Shown here in pieces: positions 9,472 through 17,942 of a stretch of DNA of 32,000 nucleotides. Source of the stretch: Nitrosospira multiformis ATCC 25196 (GTDB lineage: Bacteria; Pseudomonadota; Gammaproteobacteria; Burkholderiales; Nitrosomonadaceae); assembly GCF_000196355.1 (NCBI RefSeq), contig NC_007614.1, positions 1,560,001-1,592,000 on the forward strand, read 5' to 3'. Each line of letters starts with the position of its first letter. Position 1 is the stretch's first letter. The translations under genes and the position numbers were made by a program. The notes beneath the pieces were generated by a model that searched no databases, was not told where the DNA came from, and was given only the letters and a program-made list of their open reading frames with translations.

Positions 9472-9873
9472 TTACTCACAATTGATCATCCACGGTATGC
9501 CGAACTGATCGATCAGCATGCCAAACCGGGCAGCCCAGAAGGTAGGCTGGATCGGCATCTGCACGGCTCCATTTTCCGACAATGCCGCAAATATGCGTTC
9601 GGCTTCTTCCGGTTTGTCCGTATTCAGGGCCACCGACATCCCTCTGGTTTTTTCATAATGCTCTGGTGACGCGTCCGAGGCCATCAGCACAGCCTCGCCT
9701 ACTGCCAGGCGCGCATGCATGATCTTGTCATGCCATTCCGGGGGTGTTTGTTCCGCCATGGGTGAACTTCCGAAGGTGAGCATCGCGGTGATCTTTCCTC
9801 CGAGACATTTTTCATAGAACTTGAAAGCGGTCTCGCATTGGCCGTTGAAATTGAGATAAGGGTTCAGCTGCAT
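9472..9873 (-). CDS. VOC family (PhnB/glyoxalase-like) protein
   Basis: MQLNPYLNFNGQCETAFKFYEKCLGGKITAMLTFGSSPMAEQTPPEWHDKIMHARLAVGEAVLMASDA...FWAARFGMLIDQFGIPWMINCE is typical of PhnB-like VOC proteins. Confidence 0.92.
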   Translation of the reverse strand: MQLNPYLNFNGQCETAFKFYEKCLGGKITAMLTFGSSPMAEQTPPEWHDKIMHARLAVGEAVLMASDASPEHYEKTRGMSVALNTDKPEEAERIFAALSENGAVQMPIQPTFWAARFGMLIDQFGIPWMINCE

Positions 9874-9941
9874 GGGAAACTCCTCCGGTTGGTTGACGAT
9901 TCAAAGCGAATTCAATCTCTCCCGCAAGGGAACGTGGCACG

Positions 9942-10649
9942 CTATGTACCTGTGGTCGAGACACGAAACTCACGTACAGATTCGATATTTTGCAGTGCTT
10001 TTGCAAGCCCCACCGCTCTGCCGGCCTTCGTCGTCCTGATATCCATGCGGTACTCGAACAAGCCGGCTCGGGTAATACGGTAACTCATGGTTGCAATCTC
10101 AAACCCATGGTCGATCGCCAAGGCGCGAACCTGATCTTCCGGCATCACCTTATGGCGGTCAAAGCTTACGTAGTACTGAGCATATGACTGCCGCGGAACC
10201 CGGTCTTCGATCAAACGGAAAAGCGAAAGTATCCCCAGGGTCAACAGAGTTCCCAAAATACCGGGAAGGAAGAAGCCTATACCCATCAGTATGCCGATAC
10301 CGGCTGTAATCCAGATGGAAGCGGCAGTGGTCAGGCCGCGAACACTCAGACCTTCCTTGAAAATAACCCCGGCTCCAAGAAAACCGATACCCGTCATGAT
10401 GCCCTGAGCCATTCGCACGGGGTCCATTCGCACAGCCTCGATTGCTATGGTTGGCGGCAACCACTTCCACTGATAGAGCGTAACCAGCATCAATAGACTG
10501 GATGCAAGGCAAACCAGCGCATGCGTTCTGAAACCGGCGGGGTGCCCATGCAGGCTTCGCTCCAGGCCGATTGCCCCACCCGACAGAACTGCCGCCAAAA
10601 GATGGACAGCAATGGTGACGGAATCACTCGCGTTCGTTATAGCTTCCAG
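9942..10649 (-). CDS. MgtC/SapB family membrane protein
   Basis: SGGAIGLERSLHGHPAGFRTHALVCLASSLLML...RMAQGIMTGIGFLGAGVIFKEGLSVRGLTTAASIWITAGIGILMGIG is the MgtC signature. The track starts at TTG 10598, but the frame stays open upstream to a good AGGAGG site, suggesting a CTG (10649) or ATT (10652) start. Confidence 0.88.
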   Translation of the reverse strand: MEAITNASDSVTIAVHLLAAVLSGGAIGLERSLHGHPAGFRTHALVCLASSLLMLVTLYQWKWLPPTIAIEAVRMDPVRMAQGIMTGIGFLGAGVIFKEGLSVRGLTTAASIWITAGIGILMGIGFFLPGILGTLLTLGILSLFRLIEDRVPRQSYAQYYVSFDRHKVMPEDQVRALAIDHGFEIATMSYRITRAGLFEYRMDIRTTKAGRAVGLAKALQNIESVREFRVSTTGT

Positions 10650-11424
10650 AATCCTTCCTCCTTTTAACCCTTCATAGTAAACCGAAATTGCTTCAGCCGC
10701 CCCTCCTCTCTCCCATCGACATGTTTCACGTTAATGCCAAGAGTATATTTCCATTACACTAAAAAAATAGGAGGTATATCCAGGTTGTGCATGACTGAGG
10801 GGTCTGAGGGGTATAAACCGAGGTAACCGTGTGCGCAGTAAATTGGGGGCAGCGATGAGAAGGACAGGTCCTGTCAAATTGGCAGGATTGAGCGTGATGC
10901 CGCTTATGGATACCAGGTTCTACACAGGAAAATGACAGGGATGATTAAACCTGTTCGGGGAAAGATGACAGAGGGGGAAAGGTGAAAAAGTGCGAGGGGC
11001 GTTATAGAGACCGGAAGCCGCATCGGCGAGAAGGGGCGGCGCCCTCCGTGTTTTCTTGTCAAGCTAACCAGAAGCCGTTCAGAAGCCGCTCAGAGGACGT
11101 TTAAGCCATTCCCCTGGTGAATCGGACACCGTCAAAATCCCCCAATAGACGATCGATTGGCTATTTCGGCTATGGGCACTGCGGGTAAGCACAGTCGTAT
11201 TCACACCTTGCTACTTGCGAGAGGCTTTTTCGTGAGAGAGTGAGGGATACAGGGATTCGCCGATGGGCGGGGATGGGCGAGATGGAATTGGTTGGCGGAC
11301 TCCGTTGGATTACGCTGCGCAACCCCACCTGCTTGAAACATAGCGACAATCAGGCAGCACCTGGAACTGCCATACGGTGCATGGGGTGCAATGCTGCTTT
11401 GCTTATTGCACCCTGCACTCTAGT

Positions 11425-11664
11425 TTCTACGCCTTAGCTATGTTGTGAGGGGAAGATGTCGAACCTGCCACCGCTTCCTGGAGTTTTTTCTCCTGCTCGG
11501 GAAACAGTGACGTTCGCAGGACCTTGCCTTTAACGTCGGTGAGCTCCGCCAGAACCTTTTTCCGGTTGCGCGTTGCGCACGAGAATGAAAAGCGCCGATG
11601 AGTTGAGGGGGATCGTTTCGCTCAACGACTTGATGAAATCATCGTTGATGCCGTAGTCGGCGAG
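11425..11664 (-). pseudogene. Frameshifted, 5'-truncated remnant of a DUF1269-type gene (paralogue of 21009..21536)
   Basis: LADYGINDDFIKSLSETIPLNSSALFILVRNAQPEK matches LTDYGIPDDFIKSLGETVPLNSSALFILVRKVDPEK. After a one-base shift at an A5 tract (plus 11560-11564) it continues VLAELTDVKGKVLRTSLFPEQEKKLQEAVAG versus ILAELAEFKGKVLSTNLSRDQEQRLKEALGG. Confidence 0.85.
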
Positions 11665-11727
11665 AGCCGGATAGCGCTTCTGTCCCGACGCTGAGTGCAC
11701 CGCCCAATACAAAGCCGGCAATCGGAT

Positions 11728-12471
11728 TTATGCCGCGCCTCCACTGGCGCTGATGTTCTGGCCGGTAACCCAGCGCGACTCTTCGCTCACCAGGAAGAGG
11801 ACAACTCCCGCTATGTCTTCCGGTTCTCCCACGCGTCCCAGGAAAGATATCGCTGCCATCCGTCTTATCGTTTCTTCGCTTTTTCCCGCAGTGAACATTT
11901 CCGAATTGACCGGCCCTGGCGAAACGATATTTGCTGTGATGCCGCGGTCTCCAACTTCTCTAGCGAAGACGCGCGTCAGTTGTTCGACAGCACCCTTGCT
12001 GGCCGCATAGGCGCCATAATTGGGAAGCATCAGCCGTGTAACAGTACTGGATAGATTCACCACGCGACCTCCATCCTCGAGCCGGACAGCAGCTTCCCGC
12101 AGAGCATAAAAAACGCCTTTCACATTGACATCCAGAACGCGGTCGAATTCGTCGTCGCTGATATCAGACATTTTTCTGGACAGGAGCACGCCTGCGTTAT
12201 TGACAAGGATATCCAGGCGCTGAAAACGTTCGATTGCGGCATCGAAGAGCCTGCAAACTTCAGCTGAATTGCTGACATCCGCCTTGATGGCAATTGCCTC
12301 TGCGCCTGCCTGCTGGATCGCAGTGCAGACTGCCTCGGCCGCTTCCCTGTCCTTAGCATAGTTCACGACTACATTTGCGCCCGCACCTCCTAATGTGCGC
12401 GCTATTTCGGCACCGATGCCGCGTGACGCACCCGTGACGATAGCGACTTTATTGTGTAACGGTTTGTTCAT
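11728..12471 (-). CDS. SDR family oxidoreductase (3-oxoacyl-ACP reductase-like)
   Basis: KVAIVTGASRGIGAEIARTLGGAGANVVVNYA...LVNNAGVLL...YAASKGAVEQLTRVFAREVGDRGITANIVSPGPVNSEM: Rossmann motif, NNAG and YxxxK. Confidence 0.95.
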   Translation of the reverse strand: MNKPLHNKVAIVTGASRGIGAEIARTLGGAGANVVVNYAKDREAAEAVCTAIQQAGAEAIAIKADVSNSAEVCRLFDAAIERFQRLDILVNNAGVLLSRKMSDISDDEFDRVLDVNVKGVFYALREAAVRLEDGGRVVNLSSTVTRLMLPNYGAYAASKGAVEQLTRVFAREVGDRGITANIVSPGPVNSEMFTAGKSEETIRRMAAISFLGRVGEPEDIAGVVLFLVSEESRWVTGQNISASGGAA

Positions 12472-12598
12472 TTATTCTTTCATTAGGTGCGGATGAACAC
12501 TGCGCTTCTCTCTTCTTCTATTTCCTCTTGGAACGATAGCCTGATTCCCGTCTGCCCGCTTATTTCCCAAATTGAAGCTGCAGGGAAAATTCCGCGAT

Positions 12599-13003
12599 CT
12601 ATTCCGGGGATTGCTCTACGGGTTGATCGGGAAAGCTCAGCTCGATGCCATTTCCAGCCGGATCTTTAAAAAATAACTGAGTAATGCCCAGTGCGGGTAC
12701 CTGGCCTTTTCTGAACAGGATGCCGTGCTGCTTCAACCGTGCCTCCATTTCGGGGCGCCCGGTGCAGGTGAATGCGGCATGATCGAAAGTGGTCGATATA
12801 TGGGTATGCCGCACTTCATTCGTGGCCGTTTCACTCAGATGAAGCACGCATTTGTCACCGGCATAAAGCCAGTACCCAAAGCTGTCGAACGGGGGGCGAA
12901 AACCCTGCGCGAGTCCCACTACATCGCAATAAAAAGCCTTGAGGCTATCGAGCAATTCTCGTGGGGCACGCAGATTATAGTGATTGAAGTCGATAACTCC
13001 CAC
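12599..13003 (-). CDS. VOC family protein (glyoxalase/dioxygenase-like)
   Basis: MGVIDFNHYNLRAPRELLDSLKAFYCDVVGLAQGFRPPFDSFGYWLYAGDKCVLHLSE...FDHAAFTCTG...LFFKDPAGNGIELSF. Confidence 0.9.
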   Translation of the reverse strand: MGVIDFNHYNLRAPRELLDSLKAFYCDVVGLAQGFRPPFDSFGYWLYAGDKCVLHLSETATNEVRHTHISTTFDHAAFTCTGRPEMEARLKQHGILFRKGQVPALGITQLFFKDPAGNGIELSFPDQPVEQSPE

Positions 13004-13006
13004 GGC

Positions 13007-13657
13007 TCACTCCTTTGCTCCGCTTGCTTTCAATAATTCTGCCACGTTACTGTGGTTTCTGCTCAACGCCCACTGCAACGCGGTTTTGTTCCACTCATTC
13101 CTTAGATTGGGGTCGGCGCCGTTTTTCAGAAGAACTCTTGCGGCTTCAACATGCCCGCCTCTTGCGGCCATCATAAGCGCAGTCGTTCCATTATCGGATG
13201 TTGAATTGATCGGCACACCTCCTTCCAGCAAGAGCTGGATGATCCGGGGGTGGCCTCCTGTTGCGGCATAAATCAGCGGATTCCATCCCTCATGGTTGAT
13301 TTCCGCTCCCTTGATGTACAGTTTCCGGACAATATCTTCCAGACCGTGCAGGCTCGCGAGCATGATCGCTGTTTCGCCATAGCGGTTGCGAAGGTTGAGC
13401 CGGGCGCCGGCCTGAACGAGCAGATCGACAAGATCGGCATTTTTATGACGGACAGCGGCCATTAAAAGCGTATTTCCCTGCTCATCGGGTGTATTCGGAT
13501 CAGCGCCCTTTGCGAGCAGTTTGCTGATATCGGATGTATTATTGTCTTCAGCCGCCCAGCGCAAATCTTCATAAACCCCACCCATTGCATAAGGCTGCTG
13601 AGAGAGACTGGCAGCAAGCACCAGACCAGCCATAAATAATTTTCTGGATGACCTCAT
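13007..13657 (-). CDS. Exported ankyrin-repeat protein
   Basis: N-terminal signal-like MRSSRKLFMAGLVLAASLSQQPYA followed by ankyrin repeats (GADPNTPDEQGNTLLMAAVRHKNADLVDLLVQAGARLNLRNRYGETAIMLAS...). Confidence 0.92.
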   Translation of the reverse strand: MRSSRKLFMAGLVLAASLSQQPYAMGGVYEDLRWAAEDNNTSDISKLLAKGADPNTPDEQGNTLLMAAVRHKNADLVDLLVQAGARLNLRNRYGETAIMLASLHGLEDIVRKLYIKGAEINHEGWNPLIYAATGGHPRIIQLLLEGGVPINSTSDNGTTALMMAARGGHVEAARVLLKNGADPNLRNEWNKTALQWALSRNHSNVAELLKASGAKE

Positions 13658-13660
13658 AAT

Positions 13661-14425
13661 TCAGGCCGCCTTGAACAAGTTGAAAAAGTTATCGGTCGTG
13701 ATCCTGCCGATTTCCTCGATAGGGACGCCGCGCAGCGCTGCTATTTCTTCTGCGACGTTTCTCACAAACGCGGGTTCGTTTGTCTTGCCCCGATGCGGCA
13801 CGGGAGCAAGATAGGGTGAGTCCGTTTCTATCAATATCCTGTCCAGACTGATTCTTCTGGCCACATCCTTCAACGCAACGGCATTTTTGAATGTGACAAT
13901 GCCTGAAAACGATATATAGAAATTCATTTCCATCGCCTGCCGCGCTACTTCCCAGCTTTCCGTAAAGCAATGCATGACTCCCCCCACCTTGTCTGCACCC
14001 TCCTCCGCCATAATCCTCAGTGTATCGGCAGCGGCTTCACGCGTGTGGATGATGAGCGGTTTCGAGCATTGGCGGGCAGCGCGGATATGCTCACGGAAAC
14101 GCTCCCGCTGCCATTCGAGATCGCCCTTGAGGCGGAAATAATCCAGGCCGGTCTCACCTATCGCCACCACCTTTGGATGATCAGCCAAAGACGCCAATTG
14201 TGCCGCCTGCGGTTCGGCGAGATTTTCATAATCAGGGTGGACGCCAACCGAGGCATATAAATTGGGATGGTTCTCGGCAAGAGCGCGGACTCGGGGAAAA
14301 TCCTGGAGATTGACACTCACGCAGAGTGCATGACTGACGTCATTTTCCCGCATTCGTGCCAGCAATTCATCCAGCCTGCTCGCGAGATCGGGAAAATCAA
14401 GATGACAATGGGAATCGACAAACAT
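13661..14425 (-). CDS. tatD: TatD family metal-dependent hydrolase/DNase
   Basis: MFVDSHCHLDFPDL...YASVGVHPDY...VAIGETGLDYFR...KPLIIHTREA...GVMHCFTES...ILIETDSPYLAPVPHRGKTNEPAFV. Confidence 0.95.
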   Translation of the reverse strand: MFVDSHCHLDFPDLASRLDELLARMRENDVSHALCVSVNLQDFPRVRALAENHPNLYASVGVHPDYENLAEPQAAQLASLADHPKVVAIGETGLDYFRLKGDLEWQRERFREHIRAARQCSKPLIIHTREAAADTLRIMAEEGADKVGGVMHCFTESWEVARQAMEMNFYISFSGIVTFKNAVALKDVARRISLDRILIETDSPYLAPVPHRGKTNEPAFVRNVAEEIAALRGVPIEEIGRITTDNFFNLFKAA

Positions 14426-14899
14426 GGTGGAACCCGGTCAAAAAGGAGAAAGGAAGACATCACGACAACAACAATTATTCCCCTGATCCAGGGATACTGG
14501 CTTATGGGCGTCAGTTGATTACCGCCGCTATTGATTCCAGATAGTCGCTTAATCGAACATATCACAGGGAAAAAAATCCCGATAGTAGGCTCTGTATATT
14601 AACGCCCCCAATCACCGCCAGTGGGTAAATCACTCTCACGCCGCCTCAGCAGCAGTATTCAGGTGCAGAAATGACGTCACAGGCCCCTAACTACCTGTAT
14701 CCGGTACTCGCGGCCATAACGGCTGATTTTGCTTTCAACCTATTTTTGAAGCCTTCTCCGTGCAGAATCTCCTGCTGTTTTTATTTCCAGATGATCACAA
14801 ATGGACTTTCAGGAATTGAGGCTTGCAACACCTTTTAATTCTCCAATACCGGGGACGCCGCAGAATCCGGAAAAAATCGTACGCTAAGGTTTTGATGCC

Positions 14900-15925
14900 T
14901 CATTTTTTCCCCTTCCGGCGCAGCAGCGTCAATGCGGCATTGGCCTCGAACCGCCCAGCTTCCTCGATGTATCCTTGCACCGTGCCGTCATGTCGCCAGC
15001 CACCTTGCCTTTTGATGTCCTTGAAATTAGCCCCGGATCGATGTGCGCTAGTGGCCAAGCCGCGCCGCAAGCTATGGCTGCTGAGCTCCGGGACGTATGC
15101 TAGATCCGCCGCTTTGGCACACGCCTCCAGAATATCGTTGATACTGCCGTCGCTCAGCGGATTGGTGCCGATGATATTCCAGCGAGTGACGCGCCGGAAC
15201 ACTGCCCCCGAAATGATGTTTGCCGCTTCCAGCCAGCGCTTCAAGGCGCGAACCGGGCAACATATTCCATCCGGACCGCCGTAGGGAATCGCCTTGCTGA
15301 CACCTTCCCCTTCCTGGTCGGTCTTCGAGCGCGCGAGCGTGATCACTAAACCGTCCGTTTCCCAACCCAATTCCTCCACCATCAGCGCGGCCAACTCGCT
15401 GCGGCGCAGCGCGCCGAAAAAGCCGATCTGCAAGAGTGCATTATTCCGTATCGCAATCAGGCTGGTGTCCGGCTCCAGTTTGGCCACGATCGCTTCCAAG
15501 TCCTCAATTGGCAGCGCCTTCGCCTTCTTCTTCGGCTTGCCCTGGGTGCGCGTGATGCCCTTCAAGGTTTTGCGCACGCTCGGGTCGGCGGTCGGGTCCG
15601 GGAACCCCTGGAACGCATGCCATTGCGCTAGCGCCGTCAGTCGCAGCGCCAGCGTGCGCGGGTTCAGGGAGTCGGAATAAGCCAGGAGATACCGCAACAC
15701 TGCCCCTGAATCACAAGGCAGCGCTCCGCCCCAGGCGTAGAAATGCCGGATCGCCGAGCGGTAGGTGCGGCGAGTGTTTTCCGAGGTTGCCGCCGAGATA
15801 AAACGCTGGTGGCGCTCCCGCATTTCGTGTTCGGAAACGAGCGTACCGGCGTTATGTTTTGACAGATTTTCCAACAAAACGACATTTTCCGGCTTCTTTT
15901 CTTCCATACCCTTTTTGTCGCTCAC
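14900..15925 (-). CDS. Tyrosine-type site-specific recombinase/integrase
   Basis: SAM-like core-binding segment (RTYRSAIRHFYAW) and catalytic-type motifs: ALLQIGFFGALRRSELAAL, SSHSLRRGLATSAHRSG, IKRQGGWRHDGTVQGYIEEAGRF. Confidence 0.92.
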   Translation of the reverse strand: MSDKKGMEEKKPENVVLLENLSKHNAGTLVSEHEMRERHQRFISAATSENTRRTYRSAIRHFYAWGGALPCDSGAVLRYLLAYSDSLNPRTLALRLTALAQWHAFQGFPDPTADPSVRKTLKGITRTQGKPKKKAKALPIEDLEAIVAKLEPDTSLIAIRNNALLQIGFFGALRRSELAALMVEELGWETDGLVITLARSKTDQEGEGVSKAIPYGGPDGICCPVRALKRWLEAANIISGAVFRRVTRWNIIGTNPLSDGSINDILEACAKAADLAYVPELSSHSLRRGLATSAHRSGANFKDIKRQGGWRHDGTVQGYIEEAGRFEANAALTLLRRKGKK

Positions 15926-15982
15926 TTTCGCGGTTTTTGGCTGCGTTACGCCAAGAGTGATGCAGAATTCATCATTAAGTCA

Positions 15983-16067
15983 CGATAACATAAATTATCG
16001 AAATTATTATTTATAAATTCATGCATATATTTTTAACGTAATTTATCGTAATATTACGTATAACGTA
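15983..16067. promoter_or_regulatory. AT-rich divergent intergenic region with palindromes; candidate KfrA operator/promoter region
   Basis: CGATAA-catAAA-TTATCG inverted repeat (15983..16000); perfect 12-bp palindrome CGTAATATTACG (16047..16058) flanked by direct TAACGTA repeats at 16034..16040 and 16061..16067. Lies between the divergent integrase and KfrA-like genes. Confidence 0.45.
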
Positions 16068-16094
16068 TTATATTACTTTATTGAGGAAGACGCC

Positions 16095-17237
16095 ATGGCC
16101 CGTGCCGGTATTCTGTATTCTCATGTCGCCCAAGCCGCCGCCCAACTGATAGGGGCAGGCAAAAATCCCACAGTCGACAGCGTCCGCGAAGCTTTGGGCG
16201 GCACCGGCAGCAAAAGTACCATCGCGCCTTTTCTCAAGCGCTGGAAAGCCGAGCAGCAAGACACCATGGCGGCCGTTGAATCCGGCTTGCCGGCGTCGCT
16301 TCTCCAGGCGGTCACGGGACTGTACGAACATATGCAAGCCGAACTGACGCGCAAGCTCGATCAAGCCAAGCAGCAGCACGCCGAAGAGCTTCGCGCGGCA
16401 GGCGAACGCGAACAGCAGTTCAATGATGAACTGCAGGCCGCTTTGAAGACCAAGGCAAATTTGTCGGAGGATCTCGCTCAAACGCGCCGTGCACTAGCAC
16501 AGTTACAGGAGGCGCATCATGCTCAGAGCCTATCGCTCGCCACCGCTCAGGCGGAGAGTGCCGGCTTCCAACAGCGCTTGGCCGACCGCGCCAGCGAGGT
16601 GACGACGCTAGACCATCAATTGACACAGACACGCGCGCAGTTCGAGCACTATCAGGAAGCGACTGCAACCCGACGCGCTGAAGAACGCCAAGCGTACGAG
16701 CAACGTATCGCTCGCCTCGAACAGGATTTGGACAGCGCAAACCGACAGACCGCTGTACAGCAAAAGACAATCGGCCAGCAGGAAATGCGCATCGCCAATT
16801 TCACCGCCGAGTGTGACCGCCAGGATCAGGCCCTCCATGCGACACAAGAGGAATTGACAGCGGTGCGCTCGGCGCGAGACCGTCTTACCGATCAGGTTCG
16901 GGATCTGATGACAGCGAAAGACAACTTGGTCGCGCGATTGACAGTCGTGCAACAGCAGCTAAGCGACCAGGTTCGGGATCTGATGACAGCGAAAGACGAC
17001 TTGGTCGCGCGATTGACAGCCGTACAACAGCAGCTAAGCGACATGCGGGCAGCGCTGGCAGCGCAAGAACAAGCATCCAGTATGCTGACCGACCAAGTGC
17101 GCCGTGCCGAAGAGCGCGCCGATCATTTGGCGCAGGAAAAGCACACCTGGCTACAGGACCGCGGCGCGCTCGAACAGCGTTTGTTGTCGGCCGAACAGAA
17201 ATTGGTCGCTCTTACCGGTTCAGCCACCACAGCGTAA
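16095..17237 (+). CDS. KfrA-like DNA-binding protein with long coiled coil
   Basis: N-terminal VAQAAAQLIGAGKNPTVDSVREALGGTGSKSTIAPFLKRWKAEQ resembles the KfrA N-terminal DNA-binding region; the remainder is almost continuous heptad-rich coiled coil. Confidence 0.85.
   Translation: MARAGILYSHVAQAAAQLIGAGKNPTVDSVREALGGTGSKSTIAPFLKRWKAEQQDTMAAVESGLPASLLQAVTGLYEHMQAELTRKLDQAKQQHAEELRAAGEREQQFNDELQAALKTKANLSEDLAQTRRALAQLQEAHHAQSLSLATAQAESAGFQQRLADRASEVTTLDHQLTQTRAQFEHYQEATATRRAEERQAYEQRIARLEQDLDSANRQTAVQQKTIGQQEMRIANFTAECDRQDQALHATQEELTAVRSARDRLTDQVRDLMTAKDNLVARLTVVQQQLSDQVRDLMTAKDDLVARLTAVQQQLSDMRAALAAQEQASSMLTDQVRRAEERADHLAQEKHTWLQDRGALEQRLLSAEQKLVALTGSATTA
16890..17039 (+). repeat. Two tandem in-frame 75-bp units within the KfrA-like coiled coil
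   Basis: Unit 1 16890..16964 encodes DQVRDLMTAKDNLVARLTVVQQQLS; unit 2 16965..17039 encodes DQVRDLMTAKDDLVARLTAVQQQLS. Confidence 0.95.
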
Positions 17238-17655
17238 AGTCGGCAAGATCGGCATGACGGGAATGCGCCCATACCAAATTGGCCCCGACATTCGGTGAGC
17301 CATTCTGTTCGCGCAAGATCAAGGCTGCATGAATATTGTCCGGAATGCGACGCAAGTAAGGCAGAAAGTCATCGACGAACACCACCGGCTGCAATTCCCG
17401 TAGCGCCGCTGCCTTGGGGCTATCGTCGATTTCCGCATTATCCGTTGCGATCATGCGCTCGATCGGAAAGCCGCAATGTCGCAGATTCTGTAGACGTGCT
17501 TCGGCATCTTGCGCCTCGATCGCGCTCACGCACACCAGTTCGTACCCAGCGTGAACAGGTCGCAGCATGCGTCGACGGCGCGGAGATGGCTGGAATCGTC
17601 GACCAGTAATGATGGTCGAAGTAAGCGCGAAATTGCGCCAACTCGTCGCCGTCAA
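17212..17655 (-). CDS. HAD-like hydrolase-domain protein; N-terminus uncertain, possibly truncated
   Basis: ELVCVSAIEAQDAEARLQNLRHCGFPIERMIATDN...SPKAAALRELQPVVFVDDFLPYLRRIP...AALILREQNGSPN is HAD-like; the first 35 or so residues are arginine-rich and not HAD-like. Converges on the KfrA-like gene with a short overlap. Confidence 0.5.
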   Translation of the reverse strand: MTATSWRNFALTSTIITGRRFQPSPRRRRMLRPVHAGYELVCVSAIEAQDAEARLQNLRHCGFPIERMIATDNAEIDDSPKAAALRELQPVVFVDDFLPYLRRIPDNIHAALILREQNGSPNVGANLVWAHSRHADLADFTLWWLNR

Positions 17656-17678
17656 GCCGGCGTATTTTCCAGCGGCGG

Positions 17679-17942
17679 GTGCGTCACAGCAAGCCGGTAA
17701 AAAAATGGGCTGACGAACACAAGGAAAAAATTACGCTGTTCTACCTGCCCGGTTACAGCCCGGAACAAAATCCGGAAGAATGGCTCAATGCCGATTTGAA
17801 GCACGCTATCTGCTCAAGAGTACCGGTGCGTACCAAAGCCAAACTCAAGGAAGCTATCACAAAACATGTGCTGATATTGGAGCAGTCCCCTGAGCGGGTG
17901 AAGAGATATTTTCAGGATCCTTGCCTCAAATATACAGAATGA
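17679..17942 (+). mobile_element. IS630-family transposase C-terminal remnant
   Basis: HSKPVKKWADEHKEKITLFYLPGYSPEQNPEEWLNADLKHAI...RVKRYFQDP matches the IS630 DDE C-terminal region (LPPYSPxLNPxE...W). No N-terminal part of the transposase is present upstream. Confidence 0.85.

Noticed and set aside
10874-10954. Short ORF MRRTGPVKLAGLSVMPLMDTRFYTGK preceded by GGGGGC
   Set aside because: Very short with no recognisable feature; an SD-like string alone is not enough.
11240-11437. 65-aa plus-strand ORF
   Set aside because: Low-information translation in degenerating intergenic DNA overlapping the DUF1269 remnant end.
16068-16481. 137-aa minus-strand ORF opposite the KfrA-like gene
   Set aside because: Lies in the other strand of a well-supported KfrA N-terminus; no family similarity recognised.
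14900-17942. Full prophage interpretation of the integrase region
   Set aside because: No structural, packaging, lysis or replication genes; only integrase, KfrA-like, HAD-like and an IS fragment, so a small island or remnant is the better description.
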